A stretch of DNA of 64,000 nucleotides from an uncultured SAR86 cluster bacterium (GTDB taxonomy: Bacteria; Pseudomonadota; Gammaproteobacteria; Magnimaribacterales; D2472): positions 32,626 to 96,625 of the forward strand of contig CACPON010000002.1 in assembly GCA_902635645.1 (NCBI GenBank), in the 5' to 3' direction. The notes beneath the pieces were generated by a model. That model was given only the letters and a program-made list of their open reading frames with translations, had not been told where the DNA came from and did not search any database. Numbering within the stretch: position 1 is the stretch's first letter; the number at the start of each line of letters is the position of its first letter. Made by a program: the position numbers and the translations under genes. This document shows positions 6,969 to 16,593 of the stretch, in pieces.

Positions 6969-8624
6969 TTACTCTTGCTCTCCAAAAGCAACACCGGCAC
7001 CAAAAGCAATATCTAAACCATTTCCAGCTGCCATATCGATTACCTGACCCTCGTTATAGAAAAGTAATGAGAGTCCAACTTCTTTACCTTCTGGTCCAAA
7101 TAAAGCTCCGATTACCGTACCAGTCAAATCAAAATAATCTTCTGGTTGAACTGTGGTTATATCTGAACCCATACCAGAATGGACATCACAGTAATAGTAT
7201 AGAGTTGTTGGAGTGCTTGAGGTAACTTCAATTGTTGTTACTCCAGAAGAAGTATTTACTCCAAAAGTATATTCACTTCCACCACCGTGAGTACCATCAC
7301 TCGTTGTTGAAAATCTTAGTGGGTGGTCTGCTGAATGATTAAAAGTATAAGTTGTTCCTGCTGCTAGAGTTAATGATTTTTTTTGAACTCCATCAATTAC
7401 ATAAACATTCCCACTTCCATTCGAGTTGGCTTCTACACTTACATCAATTGTTTCAGTTGTGCTTGAGCTTTTATATTCAATATCAGCAATAAATCTATTT
7501 CCAGTTATTTGTCCATTAACAATTGAGGCATTAAGATTTGCAATCGATGTTATCTGAGCATTAGGACCATTACCAGCAAGAAACTCCTCTAGCACCATCC
7601 AGTTGTTAAGTGTTACGTCACCAGATACAGTTCCAGCATCATAATCAAAGTTCAAGTTTCCTGTTCCAGAGACTGCTACTTGAGCTTCATATGTATCATT
7701 AGCTGACGAGCCAACCTCTTGCTCATGGTAATAATTCATGGTTTTAAAAGTCATACTTGATGTACCCGAAGGTAAGTCTGACGTTTCAGTGAAATCACCA
7801 TAAAAAGTTGGAAGTAAATAAGCCTTTGAACCGTCTAGAGTTTCTCCTATTATTTGTGCTGCTGCCATATAATCAATGCCTAAACTTTCCATGTAGGTGG
7901 GATAACCAGCAAATATTGAAACATTTAAATCTGAGAATGTTGCATTCAATAATGCATAAGATGGGTCATCATTACCATACTCATATAACGGGGTTTCGGT
8001 AGTATTCCATCCATTAAAATTTAAAGATAAGTTAATATCTTGACCATAATAACTTTCTCCAGAATATGAGAGATTAAGAGTTGATTCACCCGGTTCAACT
8101 ACTTCAAAAGTCAACGGAGCCTGATTAGTCCAACCAATATCGTCATAAAAAAGAACCCAGCTATCTGAATATACATTGTTGAAATAACCTGAATAAAAAT
8201 CAATTATTTGCCCCATTGCAAATCCATCCCATGTGTAATCTGTAACAACATTATTCACTTTTTCATAAATGAAAGCTTGTATAGTTATTGGTGTTGCTGT
8301 TGTAGTTCCGCCTGAACCTGTGCATGACAATTCAAATGTGTAACTGCCTTCAGTATCGAACGTATAATTTTCACTACCAGATGTTCCTTTAGAGCCTGAC
8401 CAAGCATTAGATGCAGTACAAGAAGTCGCATTCGTTGATGACCAAGTTATCGTTGTAGATTCATACTGATAACCATTGGTAGATGATGAAGAAAAATTTA
8501 TTGTTGGAGCAGGAGTATAGCTTCCGCCACTACCAGCATCGCCTCCACCTCCGCCACCACCTCCGCCACCACAACTAGCTAGAATGAATGATAGGGTGAG
8601 GATATATATTGAGAAGTTTTTCAT
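6969..8624 (-). CDS. Surface/secreted lipoprotein with Gly10 tether, Ig-like module, cupredoxin-like site and TbpB-like C-terminal barrel motif
   Basis: ORF track 6969..8651; the likely start is MKNFS at 8624. Lipobox ILASC followed by GGGGGGGGGGDAGSGG. ITWSSTNATSCTAS...FELSCTGSGG module. HPLRF...YYYCDVHSGMG. C-terminal GALFGPEGKEVGLSLLF...AFGAGVAFGEQE. Confidence 0.8.
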   Translation of the reverse strand: MKNFSIYILTLSFILASCGGGGGGGGGGDAGSGGSYTPAPTINFSSSSTNGYQYESTTITWSSTNATSCTASNAWSGSKGTSGSENYTFDTEGSYTFELSCTGSGGTTTATPITIQAFIYEKVNNVVTDYTWDGFAMGQIIDFYSGYFNNVYSDSWVLFYDDIGWTNQAPLTFEVVEPGESTLNLSYSGESYYGQDINLSLNFNGWNTTETPLYEYGNDDPSYALLNATFSDLNVSIFAGYPTYMESLGIDYMAAAQIIGETLDGSKAYLLPTFYGDFTETSDLPSGTSSMTFKTMNYYHEQEVGSSANDTYEAQVAVSGTGNLNFDYDAGTVSGDVTLNNWMVLEEFLAGNGPNAQITSIANLNASIVNGQITGNRFIADIEYKSSSTTETIDVSVEANSNGSGNVYVIDGVQKKSLTLAAGTTYTFNHSADHPLRFSTTSDGTHGGGSEYTFGVNTSSGVTTIEVTSSTPTTLYYYCDVHSGMGSDITTVQPEDYFDLTGTVIGALFGPEGKEVGLSLLFYNEGQVIDMAAGNGLDIAFGAGVAFGEQE

Positions 8625-8684
8625 TTGGAAATTTGTGTATTTTTTGAACATATGTAGATCATATGACTAATTCATTAATTTTTC

Positions 8685-8713
8685 AACTTCCCAAACTTCC
8701 CAGAAACTTCCCA
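8685..8713 (+). repeat. Three AACTTCCCA nonamers (8685-8693, 8694-8702, 8705-8713)
   Basis: Read directly: caacttcccaaacttcccagaaacttcccag. Lies 35-65 nt upstream of the lipoprotein ORF on its coding strand (as TGGGAAGTT) and about 120 nt from the tRNA 3' end. Confidence 0.85.
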
Positions 8714-8832
8714 GATATTTTTGATGAGTTGGGCGGGTGTGAGCGACTTGTCGAGATAAGCTATTCTGTTGCTAAACAAGGCTCAGCCCTTATAACTATG
8801 GGCTTCTTTCGACAAAACATCTCTCTGGAAAT

Positions 8833-8910
<78 letters not shown>

Positions 8911-8976
8911 GTTTGAAACGGAAACGCATTTTAACTTTTAAATACAAAAGATAAAAGAGATTAGCTCAGGTAATTT

Positions 8977-9666
8977 CTATAGATTTTTTTGCGACTGATA
9001 AAGACTAAAATACATATAGGACCAAGGTATAACTATCACGTATTCAAAAATTCCCAAAATCATGATTTGAGCAAATCCGGGATCTAACATACTAGTGAAA
9101 ATAGAAGATGGTATTAACATAATAACTATGAATAACAAAGTTAATCCAAACAATGTGCCTCCATGTTCATCTGTAGCTTCCCATGAAGATTTTAATGAAT
9201 CAAAAACACCCTTATTTTCCATCATCATAAATGATGGGAAAAGTGCCAATCTTGCACCGACATAAATTCCAGGAAGAATTAATAAAAGTAAACCAAAAAA
9301 TACAGCAATCGCGCAAAGTATATATGCCCCAAATATAGGTAAGCCCTTTTTAAATCCTATAAACAAAGCAGCCATTGGATCTAAGGAATAGCCAGAAATC
9401 TTTGAATCAAAAGCTGCAATAAGGCCTCCAACAAAGGACACGCTAGCAATTATTCCCAACAAACCCAATATACCCATATAGATTCCATTAGAGGCAGCAA
9501 ATTCAGCAAGATCTTCAGGGTTCTCTAGGATAGCATCGCTTCCTAAGGGGGTTAGTGTTAGTAGCTGAGCTGTAACAATTTCAATAGCTAAAATAGGAGC
9601 TGCCAGCAGAGCAAAATATTGCCAGTGATTTAAATAAAAATTCCAAGCATCCTTAAATTGATTCAT
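8977..9666 (-). CDS. YciC/UPF0259-like inner-membrane protein
   Basis: Polytopic. The segment ILPGIYVGARLALFPSFMMMENKGVFDSLKSSWEAT resembles the YciC family core. The ATG at 9666 (MNQFKDAW) is preferred over 9726, which would overlap the divergent neighbour. Confidence 0.5.
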   Translation of the reverse strand: MNQFKDAWNFYLNHWQYFALLAAPILAIEIVTAQLLTLTPLGSDAILENPEDLAEFAASNGIYMGILGLLGIIASVSFVGGLIAAFDSKISGYSLDPMAALFIGFKKGLPIFGAYILCAIAVFFGLLLLILPGIYVGARLALFPSFMMMENKGVFDSLKSSWEATDEHGGTLFGLTLLFIVIMLIPSSIFTSMLDPGFAQIMILGIFEYVIVIPWSYMYFSLYQSQKNL

Positions 9667-9718
9667 GTTTATATTCTTAAATTGATTAGTTGGTGTATTG
9701 TAAAGTATTATCCAAACC

Positions 9719-11824
9719 ATGAACAATTTATTACCAAAAGGCGTTGCGGTCTTAATATTATTAGCTGGTTGCTCAACCGAGCCTGCAGAAATCTCTTATC
9801 CAACATCTAAGAAGATAGATTTCGTTGAAACTATTCATGGATATGAAGTAGAGGATCGATATAGATGGCTCGAAGATTTTACAAGTGAAGAATCAAAAGA
9901 GTGGGTTGATAGACAAAATAAATTTACCAAAAAATATATTGGGAAAAATAAATTTAAAAAAGCAATCTCAAAAGATCTTAGCGATACATGGGAAACAGAA
10001 TCGATAAGCATTCCATATAAGGTTAAAGAAAAAACTTTTTACTATTTTAATGATGGGACCTGGCAGCAAAGCAAACTCATGATAAAAGACTGTGGAGATT
10101 GTGAGGCTAGAGTTCTTTTAGATCCGAATACCCTATCGTCTGATGGCACTGTATCACTTGGAGGTACCAGTGTAAGCAATGATGCCTCGCTACTTGCATA
10201 TTCCATTTCAGATGGCGGATCTGATTGGAGAATATGGAAAGTTATTGATATCGAAAAAGGTGAACATCTACCAGATACAATTGAATGGGCTAAATTTTCA
10301 GGAGCCACATGGGAAAACGATGATTCTGGATTTTATTATCAAAAATATGATGAACCAACAGATGAGTTATTAAAAGATATAAATACATCTCCGAAGTTAA
10401 TGTTTCATAAACTTGGAACCTCTCAATCTGAAGATAGGATTGTTTATGAAAATCCTAAGAAACCGAGATGGGGATGGGGTATAAGTGTTGTAGAGGAATC
10501 AGATATCAAATTTCTATCAATCTCAAACGGTACCGATGAAAGAAATAGACTTTATATCCAATTAAAAAAAGGTGAGGAATTTATTCCTCTTATAGATGAA
10601 TTAATTGGTGCCTATCAATATTTAGATAATAAAGATGATACTTATTGGTTCTATTCAACAGAAGGAGCAAAAAACGGAAAAGTTGTTTCATTGCAAATAA
10701 AAAACGGTTCATTTGTATGGAGCGATGTAATCTCTGAGGATATAAACTCAATAAGAGGAGTTAATTTTATTAATAATAATATTGCCGTTACCTATCTAAT
10801 TGATACATTTTCTGAAGTTAGGTTTTTTTCTTTAGACGGCTCTTATTTGAATAAGTTAACCATGCCATATCAAGGAACCATATCTGGCTTTGGTGGTCGA
10901 CTCGAAGATAGCTCTTCCTACTTTTCTTTTACAAGCTTTGTTACTCCAAGAAGGATTTATGAAATTGACTTAACAACCCTAAAAACAAAAATTTTTTGGG
11001 AAGAAAGTTTGGAGGGATATAGGTCAGAAGATTATGTTTCAGATTTTAAATTTTATAGCTCAAAAGATGGAACCAAAATTCCAATTCACATAAATTACAA
11101 AAAATCTTTAAACATTAATAAAGATACTCCCGTGCTGATTTATGGCTATGGAGGTTTTAATATTTCTATTCTTCCTGGCTTTAGCAAGAGATTTTTATCT
11201 TGGATGAATCAAGACGGTGTTGTTGCTATTGCAAATCTAAGGGGTGGCGGAGAGTATGGTGATGCTTGGCACGAAGACGGGATGTTAAATAACAAGCAAA
11301 ATGTGTTTGATGATTTTGCATATGCTGCAAAATTTCTTCATTCTGAAAATATTGGGTCACCTAACACAACTGCAATACAAGGCGGCTCTAATGGCGGCTT
11401 GTTAGTTGCAGCTACAATGCTACAAAATCCAAACCTCTTTAAAGTGGCTATTCCTCAAGTTGGTGTATTAGATATGCTAAGGTTTCATAAATTTACAATT
11501 GGATGGGCCTGGGAAAGTGACTATGGCTCGCCTGATGATAAAGGTGGTTTTGAAAATCTACTTGCATACTCACCATTACATAATATTAAAAAAGGCGAGT
11601 GCTACCCCACTACTCTAATTACAACCGCAGAAAGAGATGATCGTGTTGTCCCCTCTCATTCTTTTAAATTCGCTGCAAAGCTTCAAGAGTATCAGGGATG
11701 TCAAAATCCTATTCTTCTCAGAACTGAAGGAAGAGCTGGTCACGGAGCAGGAACACCAAAGGACAAACAGATTAATCAGATTGCTGAAATTTATGGATAT
11801 GCTCTATCTGTAATTAATGAATAA
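9719..11824 (+). CDS. Prolyl oligopeptidase (S9A), lipoprotein signal
   Basis: 701 aa. LLAGCS lipobox, N-terminal propeller region with DRYRWLED motif, catalytic GGSNGGLL serine, C-terminal D...GHG triad elements. Confidence 0.9.
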   Translation: MNNLLPKGVAVLILLAGCSTEPAEISYPTSKKIDFVETIHGYEVEDRYRWLEDFTSEESKEWVDRQNKFTKKYIGKNKFKKAISKDLSDTWETESISIPYKVKEKTFYYFNDGTWQQSKLMIKDCGDCEARVLLDPNTLSSDGTVSLGGTSVSNDASLLAYSISDGGSDWRIWKVIDIEKGEHLPDTIEWAKFSGATWENDDSGFYYQKYDEPTDELLKDINTSPKLMFHKLGTSQSEDRIVYENPKKPRWGWGISVVEESDIKFLSISNGTDERNRLYIQLKKGEEFIPLIDELIGAYQYLDNKDDTYWFYSTEGAKNGKVVSLQIKNGSFVWSDVISEDINSIRGVNFINNNIAVTYLIDTFSEVRFFSLDGSYLNKLTMPYQGTISGFGGRLEDSSSYFSFTSFVTPRRIYEIDLTTLKTKIFWEESLEGYRSEDYVSDFKFYSSKDGTKIPIHINYKKSLNINKDTPVLIYGYGGFNISILPGFSKRFLSWMNQDGVVAIANLRGGGEYGDAWHEDGMLNNKQNVFDDFAYAAKFLHSENIGSPNTTAIQGGSNGGLLVAATMLQNPNLFKVAIPQVGVLDMLRFHKFTIGWAWESDYGSPDDKGGFENLLAYSPLHNIKKGECYPTTLITTAERDDRVVPSHSFKFAAKLQEYQGCQNPILLRTEGRAGHGAGTPKDKQINQIAEIYGYALSVINE

Positions 11825-12283
11825 TTATTGAATATCTAACAATTCAATATCAAAAACTAGTATTGAATTAGAGGGTATACCTGGCCTACCCTCATCACCA
11901 TATGCCATGCTTGGATCAATATATACACGCCATTTGTCATTTATCTTCATTTGAGAAATAACTTTTTGGCAGCCCTCAATAAGTCCAGATAATTGAATAG
12001 TTAGGGGCTCATTAGACTCAACAGAGCTCCAAAAAACAGTACCGTCTGTAAGAGTTCCATGAAAATGGGCTGTGATAGTATCTGAAAGCTCAGGAGATTT
12101 TGAGTTTATGTCTCCAGAATTTAGGACAGCATAATGCAGTCCTTTTTCAATAACATTAATTCCTTCTTGTGCTTGATTCTCTATAAAGAACTTCATGTTA
12201 GCTATTTGTTTAACATTTGGGCTGTCTTGAACACAACCAGTTAAAACAATAAGAGATATTACTAATGTACAAAATCTTTTCAT
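11825..12283 (-). CDS. FKBP-type peptidyl-prolyl cis-trans isomerase (lipoprotein)
   Basis: 152 aa. LTGCV lipobox. FKBP core HFHGTLTDGTVFWSS...IPSNSILVFDIELLDI. Confidence 0.8.
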   Translation of the reverse strand: MKRFCTLVISLIVLTGCVQDSPNVKQIANMKFFIENQAQEGINVIEKGLHYAVLNSGDINSKSPELSDTITAHFHGTLTDGTVFWSSVESNEPLTIQLSGLIEGCQKVISQMKINDKWRVYIDPSMAYGDEGRPGIPSNSILVFDIELLDIQ

Positions 12284-13473
12284 TATTTAATTTTAATTTT
12301 TAAAAATTTTCGTTTGCCAACTTGATAAATTGCCTCTGATCCTTTTTCAATTTCTAATTTAACATCAGAAACTTTTTCAGAATTTATCTTAACGCCGCCT
12401 TGTTTTATAAGTCTCATTGCCTCAGAGGTGCTTGCAGTCATTTCTGCATTCTTTAGCATATTTGTTAGAGGAATCGATTTGTTTTCTATCTCTAAACTTA
12501 GTTCTTTAATATCATCAGGTAATGTTCCTTTTTGAAACCTTTGTAAGAAAGCCTCTTTACATTTAGCCCCTTTGCCTGCTTTGTGGAATCTATCTACCAA
12601 CTCTTCAGCAAGAATAAATTTAACATCTCTAGGGTTTTTGCCGCCCTCAACCTCTTTTTTTAGATTGATAATTTCTTTTTCGGATATAAAACTTAACAAT
12701 TCAAACCAACGCCACATTAATTCATCTGAGATAGACATTATTTTTCCGAACATTTCATCAGCTTTTTCATTAATACCAATAAAATTATTCAAAGATTTTG
12801 ACATTTTATTTGTGCCGTCAAGACCTTCAAGTATTGGAACGGTTAAAACCACCTGAGGTTCTTGGTCATAGGATCTTTGTAGTTCTCTTCCAACCAAAAG
12901 ATTAAATTTCTGATCAGTTCCACCACATTCAACATCAGCGTTTAAAGCAACAGAATCATATCCCTGAACTAAAGGATATAAGAATTCATGAACAGCTATG
13001 CTTTGATTGGCGTTATAACGCTTATTAAAGTCATCCCTTTCAAGCATTCTTGCTACGTTGTATTTAGAAGCAAGACCTATTAGGCCTGCAGCTCCCAACT
13101 TATTACACCACTCTGAGTTAAATCTGACCTCTGTTAACTCTTTTTTTAGAATCTTAAAAACTTGTTTTTCATAAGTTTTAGCATTTTCTTTTAGTTCTTT
13201 TTCATCAAGAGTTGGTCTAGTTTTATTTTTTCCAGAGGGATCGCCTATCTGGCCGGTAAAATCACCAATGAGAAAAATGACTTTGTGTCCTAAATCTTGA
13301 AAGTGTCTTAATTTGTTAAGTAAGACCGTGTGGCCAAAATGAAGATCTGGAGCAGTCGGATCAAATCCTGCTTTCACGATGAGCTGCTTTCCTGATTCTA
13401 ATTTCTTTTTTAAATCAGATTCGGTCAGTATCTCATCTGTTCCTCTTTTTATAATAGCTAGATCTTCTTGCAT
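12283..13473 (-). CDS. tyrS: Tyrosine--tRNA ligase
   Basis: HIGH-type motif (DLHFGH), KMSKS motif, C-terminal S4-like domain. 396 aa. Confidence 0.95.
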   Translation of the reverse strand: MQEDLAIIKRGTDEILTESDLKKKLESGKQLIVKAGFDPTAPDLHFGHTVLLNKLRHFQDLGHKVIFLIGDFTGQIGDPSGKNKTRPTLDEKELKENAKTYEKQVFKILKKELTEVRFNSEWCNKLGAAGLIGLASKYNVARMLERDDFNKRYNANQSIAVHEFLYPLVQGYDSVALNADVECGGTDQKFNLLVGRELQRSYDQEPQVVLTVPILEGLDGTNKMSKSLNNFIGINEKADEMFGKIMSISDELMWRWFELLSFISEKEIINLKKEVEGGKNPRDVKFILAEELVDRFHKAGKGAKCKEAFLQRFQKGTLPDDIKELSLEIENKSIPLTNMLKNAEMTASTSEAMRLIKQGGVKINSEKVSDVKLEIEKGSEAIYQVGKRKFLKIKIK

Positions 13474-13551
13474 ATGCCTATGATAGTATTTTTCAACAAT
13501 TAATAGAATGAGTAAGTTGCTACTTAATGCTATAAGATTAAAATAATCACT

Positions 13552-16500
13552 ATGTCTTTGTCTGATAGTAAATTTATTTCTGAATCAAAATTACTTCCTG
13601 AGCTAATACAAGATACTGATTTCTTGAATAATTCCGAAATTTCTGAAAATGCTGAAAAGATAATTAATGCCTGCAGGGAAAATAAAAAGGAAAGAACCAA
13701 GCTAGACGCATTTTTAAGTGAGTATGGCCTTGATAATCAGGAGGGTGTGGCGCTGATGTGCCTCGCTGAATCAATTTTAAGAATCCCAGACAGTAAAACA
13801 AGAGATTTAATAATTTCAGAAAGATTGTCTGAAGGAAGATGGATTGAACATCTTAATAAGGCTGATAGTTTATTTGTGAATGCTTCAACATGGGGGCTTT
13901 TACTTGCAGGCAAGGTTGTTAAAACTCCTCTTGAATGGTCACAGAACCCTAATAAATTTTTGAGGTCTATCGTTTCTAAATCTGGAGAGTTTCCAATTAG
14001 AAATGCTGTCATTGCAGCTATGCATATTCTTAGTCAAGAGTTTGTTATGGGGAGAGACTTTAAAGATGTAAACAAAATACCAGGCATTGAAGAATCAATC
14101 TATTCCTTTGATATGTTGGGAGAGGCAGCAAGAAATCAAGAGCAGGCAAATATTTACTATGAGTCATATGAGAATGCCATCATAGAAGTGGGGAAAATTA
14201 ATCTTATAAAAAATAAGAATAATGGTGTATCTATAAAAATTTCTGCCTTATGTCCAAGCTATGAGATGAGAAAATATGAAGATATTAAATTAAATCTTGT
14301 GCCCAAGCTTATTGCTCTAACTGAGCTTGGTATATCTAAGGATGTTGAAATTACTATAGATGCAGAAGAGCAAGATAGGCTAGGGATAAGCTTTGAAATA
14401 ATTAAAATCATGGCAGAGTCAAATAAAATCAAAGATTGGCCTGGTTTTGGAATTGCATTGCAGGCGTATGGCAAGAGATCATTGAATGCCGTTGAATGGG
14501 TAAAAGATTTAATCAATAACAGAGCTCCAATGCACTTAAGGCTTGTTAAAGGAGCGTATTGGGATTATGAAATCAAACATGCTCAAGTATCTGGATATCA
14601 TGACTATCCAGTTTTTACAAAAAAATCTATCACAGATTTGTCTTATTTGGCCTGTGCTAAAAAAATTTTTGAGATTGAATCAATTTACCCAAAATTTGCT
14701 ACTCACAATGCTCATACATTATCAGCAATAAGTTACTTAGGAAGAAATAAAAATTATGAGTTTCAAAGACTGTTTGGTATGGGTGAGCTTTTGTATAAAT
14801 GTGCAGAGAAAGTTCTAGATAACAAGCAACCTACATCTATATATGCTCCAATTGGAAAATATAAGGATTTGCTGCCCTATCTTGTAAGAAGACTTCTTGA
14901 AAATGGAGCTAATAGCTCTTTTATCAATAGGCTTCTCGATCCTGAGACCGATGCTGCATGGTTGGCATCTGGGCCTCACAAAAAAATTGAAAATGAAAGG
15001 AAAGATATCCCCCTTCCATGTAACATATTCAGCAATAGAAATAATTCAAGAGGTATAGATATATCTGAGATGGATAATCTAGAAACTATAAGAACAGAAA
15101 TAAGTAAATACAAAAATAAATCTATTGATGCTGTTTCCATTTATAACAATAGAAATGCAGATGGAGCAAAGAAGCATGATGTTTTATCACTCGCAAATGG
15201 TAACAAAATTGGAACAGTAACATTTGACGATCCTGGGCACCTTAAAAAATCACTTGAGACTGAGAATAGTGTAAATTGGGCTAAGCTTGGTGTTAATGAG
15301 AGAGCTAAAATATTAGTATCAATATCTGATGATCTAGAATCAAGTCCTTACCAGCTAATTTATTATCTGATGAATGAAGCTGGCAAAACTATACAAAATG
15401 CTATCGATGAAATTAGAGAAGCTGTAGATTTTTTAAGATATTACTCAAACCAAATGATTGATATTGAAGAAACAGGTCAGAAACTTGAGGGGCCCACTGG
15501 AGAAGAAAATATTCTTACATACGGAGCAAAAGGCCACTTTATTTGCATTAGTCCTTGGAACTTTCCTGTTGCAATACTTGTTGGTCAAATTAGTGCTGCC
15601 TTGATAACTGGCAATAAAGTTACGGTGAAGCCATCTGAACATACATCAATATTAGGCTATATAGTAGCCTCTACTTTCCATAAAAACGGTGTGCCAGCTG
15701 ATGCTTTAGAATTAGTTTTAGGTGATGGACTTTATGGGGACGTCTTATCAAAATTAAAAAATATTAATGGTGTTGCCTTCACAGGATCTCTGCCAACAGC
15801 AAAAAAAATTCAAAATAATTTAAATGAAAATCATAAAGAAATCATACCTCTTATTGCAGAAACAGGCGGTATTAATGCAATGATTGTAGATTCGAGTGCT
15901 CTTCTTGAACAAGCAACTGATGATATTGTGCGATCAGCATTTGATAGCGCAGGTCAAAGATGTTCAGCCCTGAGAGTCTTGTGTATTCAAGATGATATTT
16001 ATGATGATTTACTAGAGATGGTCAAAGGCAATATGCAGGAATTAAAAATTGGCAATCCTGAAGAATTGGATACTGATATTGGTCCCATAATTAATAAGAC
16101 TGCCAAAAATAAACTTGATGCTTATATTAAAAATAAATCTGATGCTGGATTCCAAGTCTATCAATCTAGTACAAAAATAATTGACCATTATATTTCACCA
16201 ACAGTAATTGAGATAAATACATTAAGCGACTTAGATGAAGAGCAGTTTGGACCAATACTTCATGTATTGAAATTTAAATCATCAGAGATTGATGATTTAA
16301 TTAAAGGTATAAATAATACCGGTTATGGTCTAACCATGGGTATCCATACAAGAATTGAATCTAGGGCAGACTTATTCAGCCAAAATTGTAATATTGGCAA
16401 TGTATATATAAACAGAGATATTGTTGGTGCAGTTGTTGGGTCTCAGCCTTTTGGTGGCCGTGGTTTGTCTGGAAGCGGTTATAAGGCCGGGGGGCCAAAT

Positions 16501-16593
16501 TATTTAATACAGTTCTTAAACGAAAAGGTTGTATCTAAGAATTCAGTGGCCTTTGGTGGCAACGCAGAATTGCTTAATATTCAAGAAGACTAA
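13552..16593 (+). CDS. putA: Bifunctional proline dehydrogenase / 1-pyrroline-5-carboxylate dehydrogenase
   Basis: 1013 aa. N-terminal proline dehydrogenase barrel ([14 protein letters not shown]) followed by an aldehyde dehydrogenase domain ([22 protein letters not shown]). Confidence 0.93.
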   Translation: MSLSDSKFISESKLLPELIQDTDFLNNSEISENAEKIINACRENKKERTKLDAFLSEYGLDNQEGVALMCLAESILRIPDSKTRDLIISERLSEGRWIEHLNKADSLFVNASTWGLLLAGKVVKTPLEWSQNPNKFLRSIVSKSGEFPIRNAVIAAMHILSQEFVMGRDFKDVNKIPGIEESIYSFDMLGEAARNQEQANIYYESYENAIIEVGKINLIKNKNNGVSIKISALCPSYEMRKYEDIKLNLVPKLIALTELGISKDVEITIDAEEQDRLGISFEIIKIMAESNKIKDWPGFGIALQAYGKRSLNAVEWVKDLINNRAPMHLRLVKGAYWDYEIKHAQVSGYHDYPVFTKKSITDLSYLACAKKIFEIESIYPKFATHNAHTLSAISYLGRNKNYEFQRLFGMGELLYKCAEKVLDNKQPTSIYAPIGKYKDLLPYLVRRLLENGANSSFINRLLDPETDAAWLASGPHKKIENERKDIPLPCNIFSNRNNSRGIDISEMDNLETIRTEISKYKNKSIDAVSIYNNRNADGAKKHDVLSLANGNKIGTVTFDDPGHLKKSLETENSVNWAKLGVNERAKILVSISDDLESSPYQLIYYLMNEAGKTIQNAIDEIREAVDFLRYYSNQMIDIEETGQKLEGPTGEENILTYGAKGHFICISPWNFPVAILVGQISAALITGNKVTVKPSEHTSILGYIVASTFHKNGVPADALELVLGDGLYGDVLSKLKNINGVAFTGSLPTAKKIQNNLNENHKEIIPLIAETGGINAMIVDSSALLEQATDDIVRSAFDSAGQRCSALRVLCIQDDIYDDLLEMVKGNMQELKIGNPEELDTDIGPIINKTAKNKLDAYIKNKSDAGFQVYQSSTKIIDHYISPTVIEINTLSDLDEEQFGPILHVLKFKSSEIDDLIKGINNTGYGLTMGIHTRIESRADLFSQNCNIGNVYINRDIVGAVVGSQPFGGRGLSGSGYKAGGPNYLIQFLNEKVVSKNSVAFGGNAELLNIQED

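Noticed and set aside
8521-8580. Poly-glycine coding run as a classical homopolymeric phase-variation switch
   Set aside because: The Gly codons are mixed (GGT, GGC, GGA, GGG), so there is no long mononucleotide tract. Any slippage of the 12-bp unit is in-frame, changing length rather than switching the gene on or off.
8785-8804. Hairpin AGCCC-N10-GGGCT just downstream of the tRNA 3' end as a terminator
   Set aside because: The stem is only 5 bp with a 10-nt loop and no following U-tract on the minus strand.
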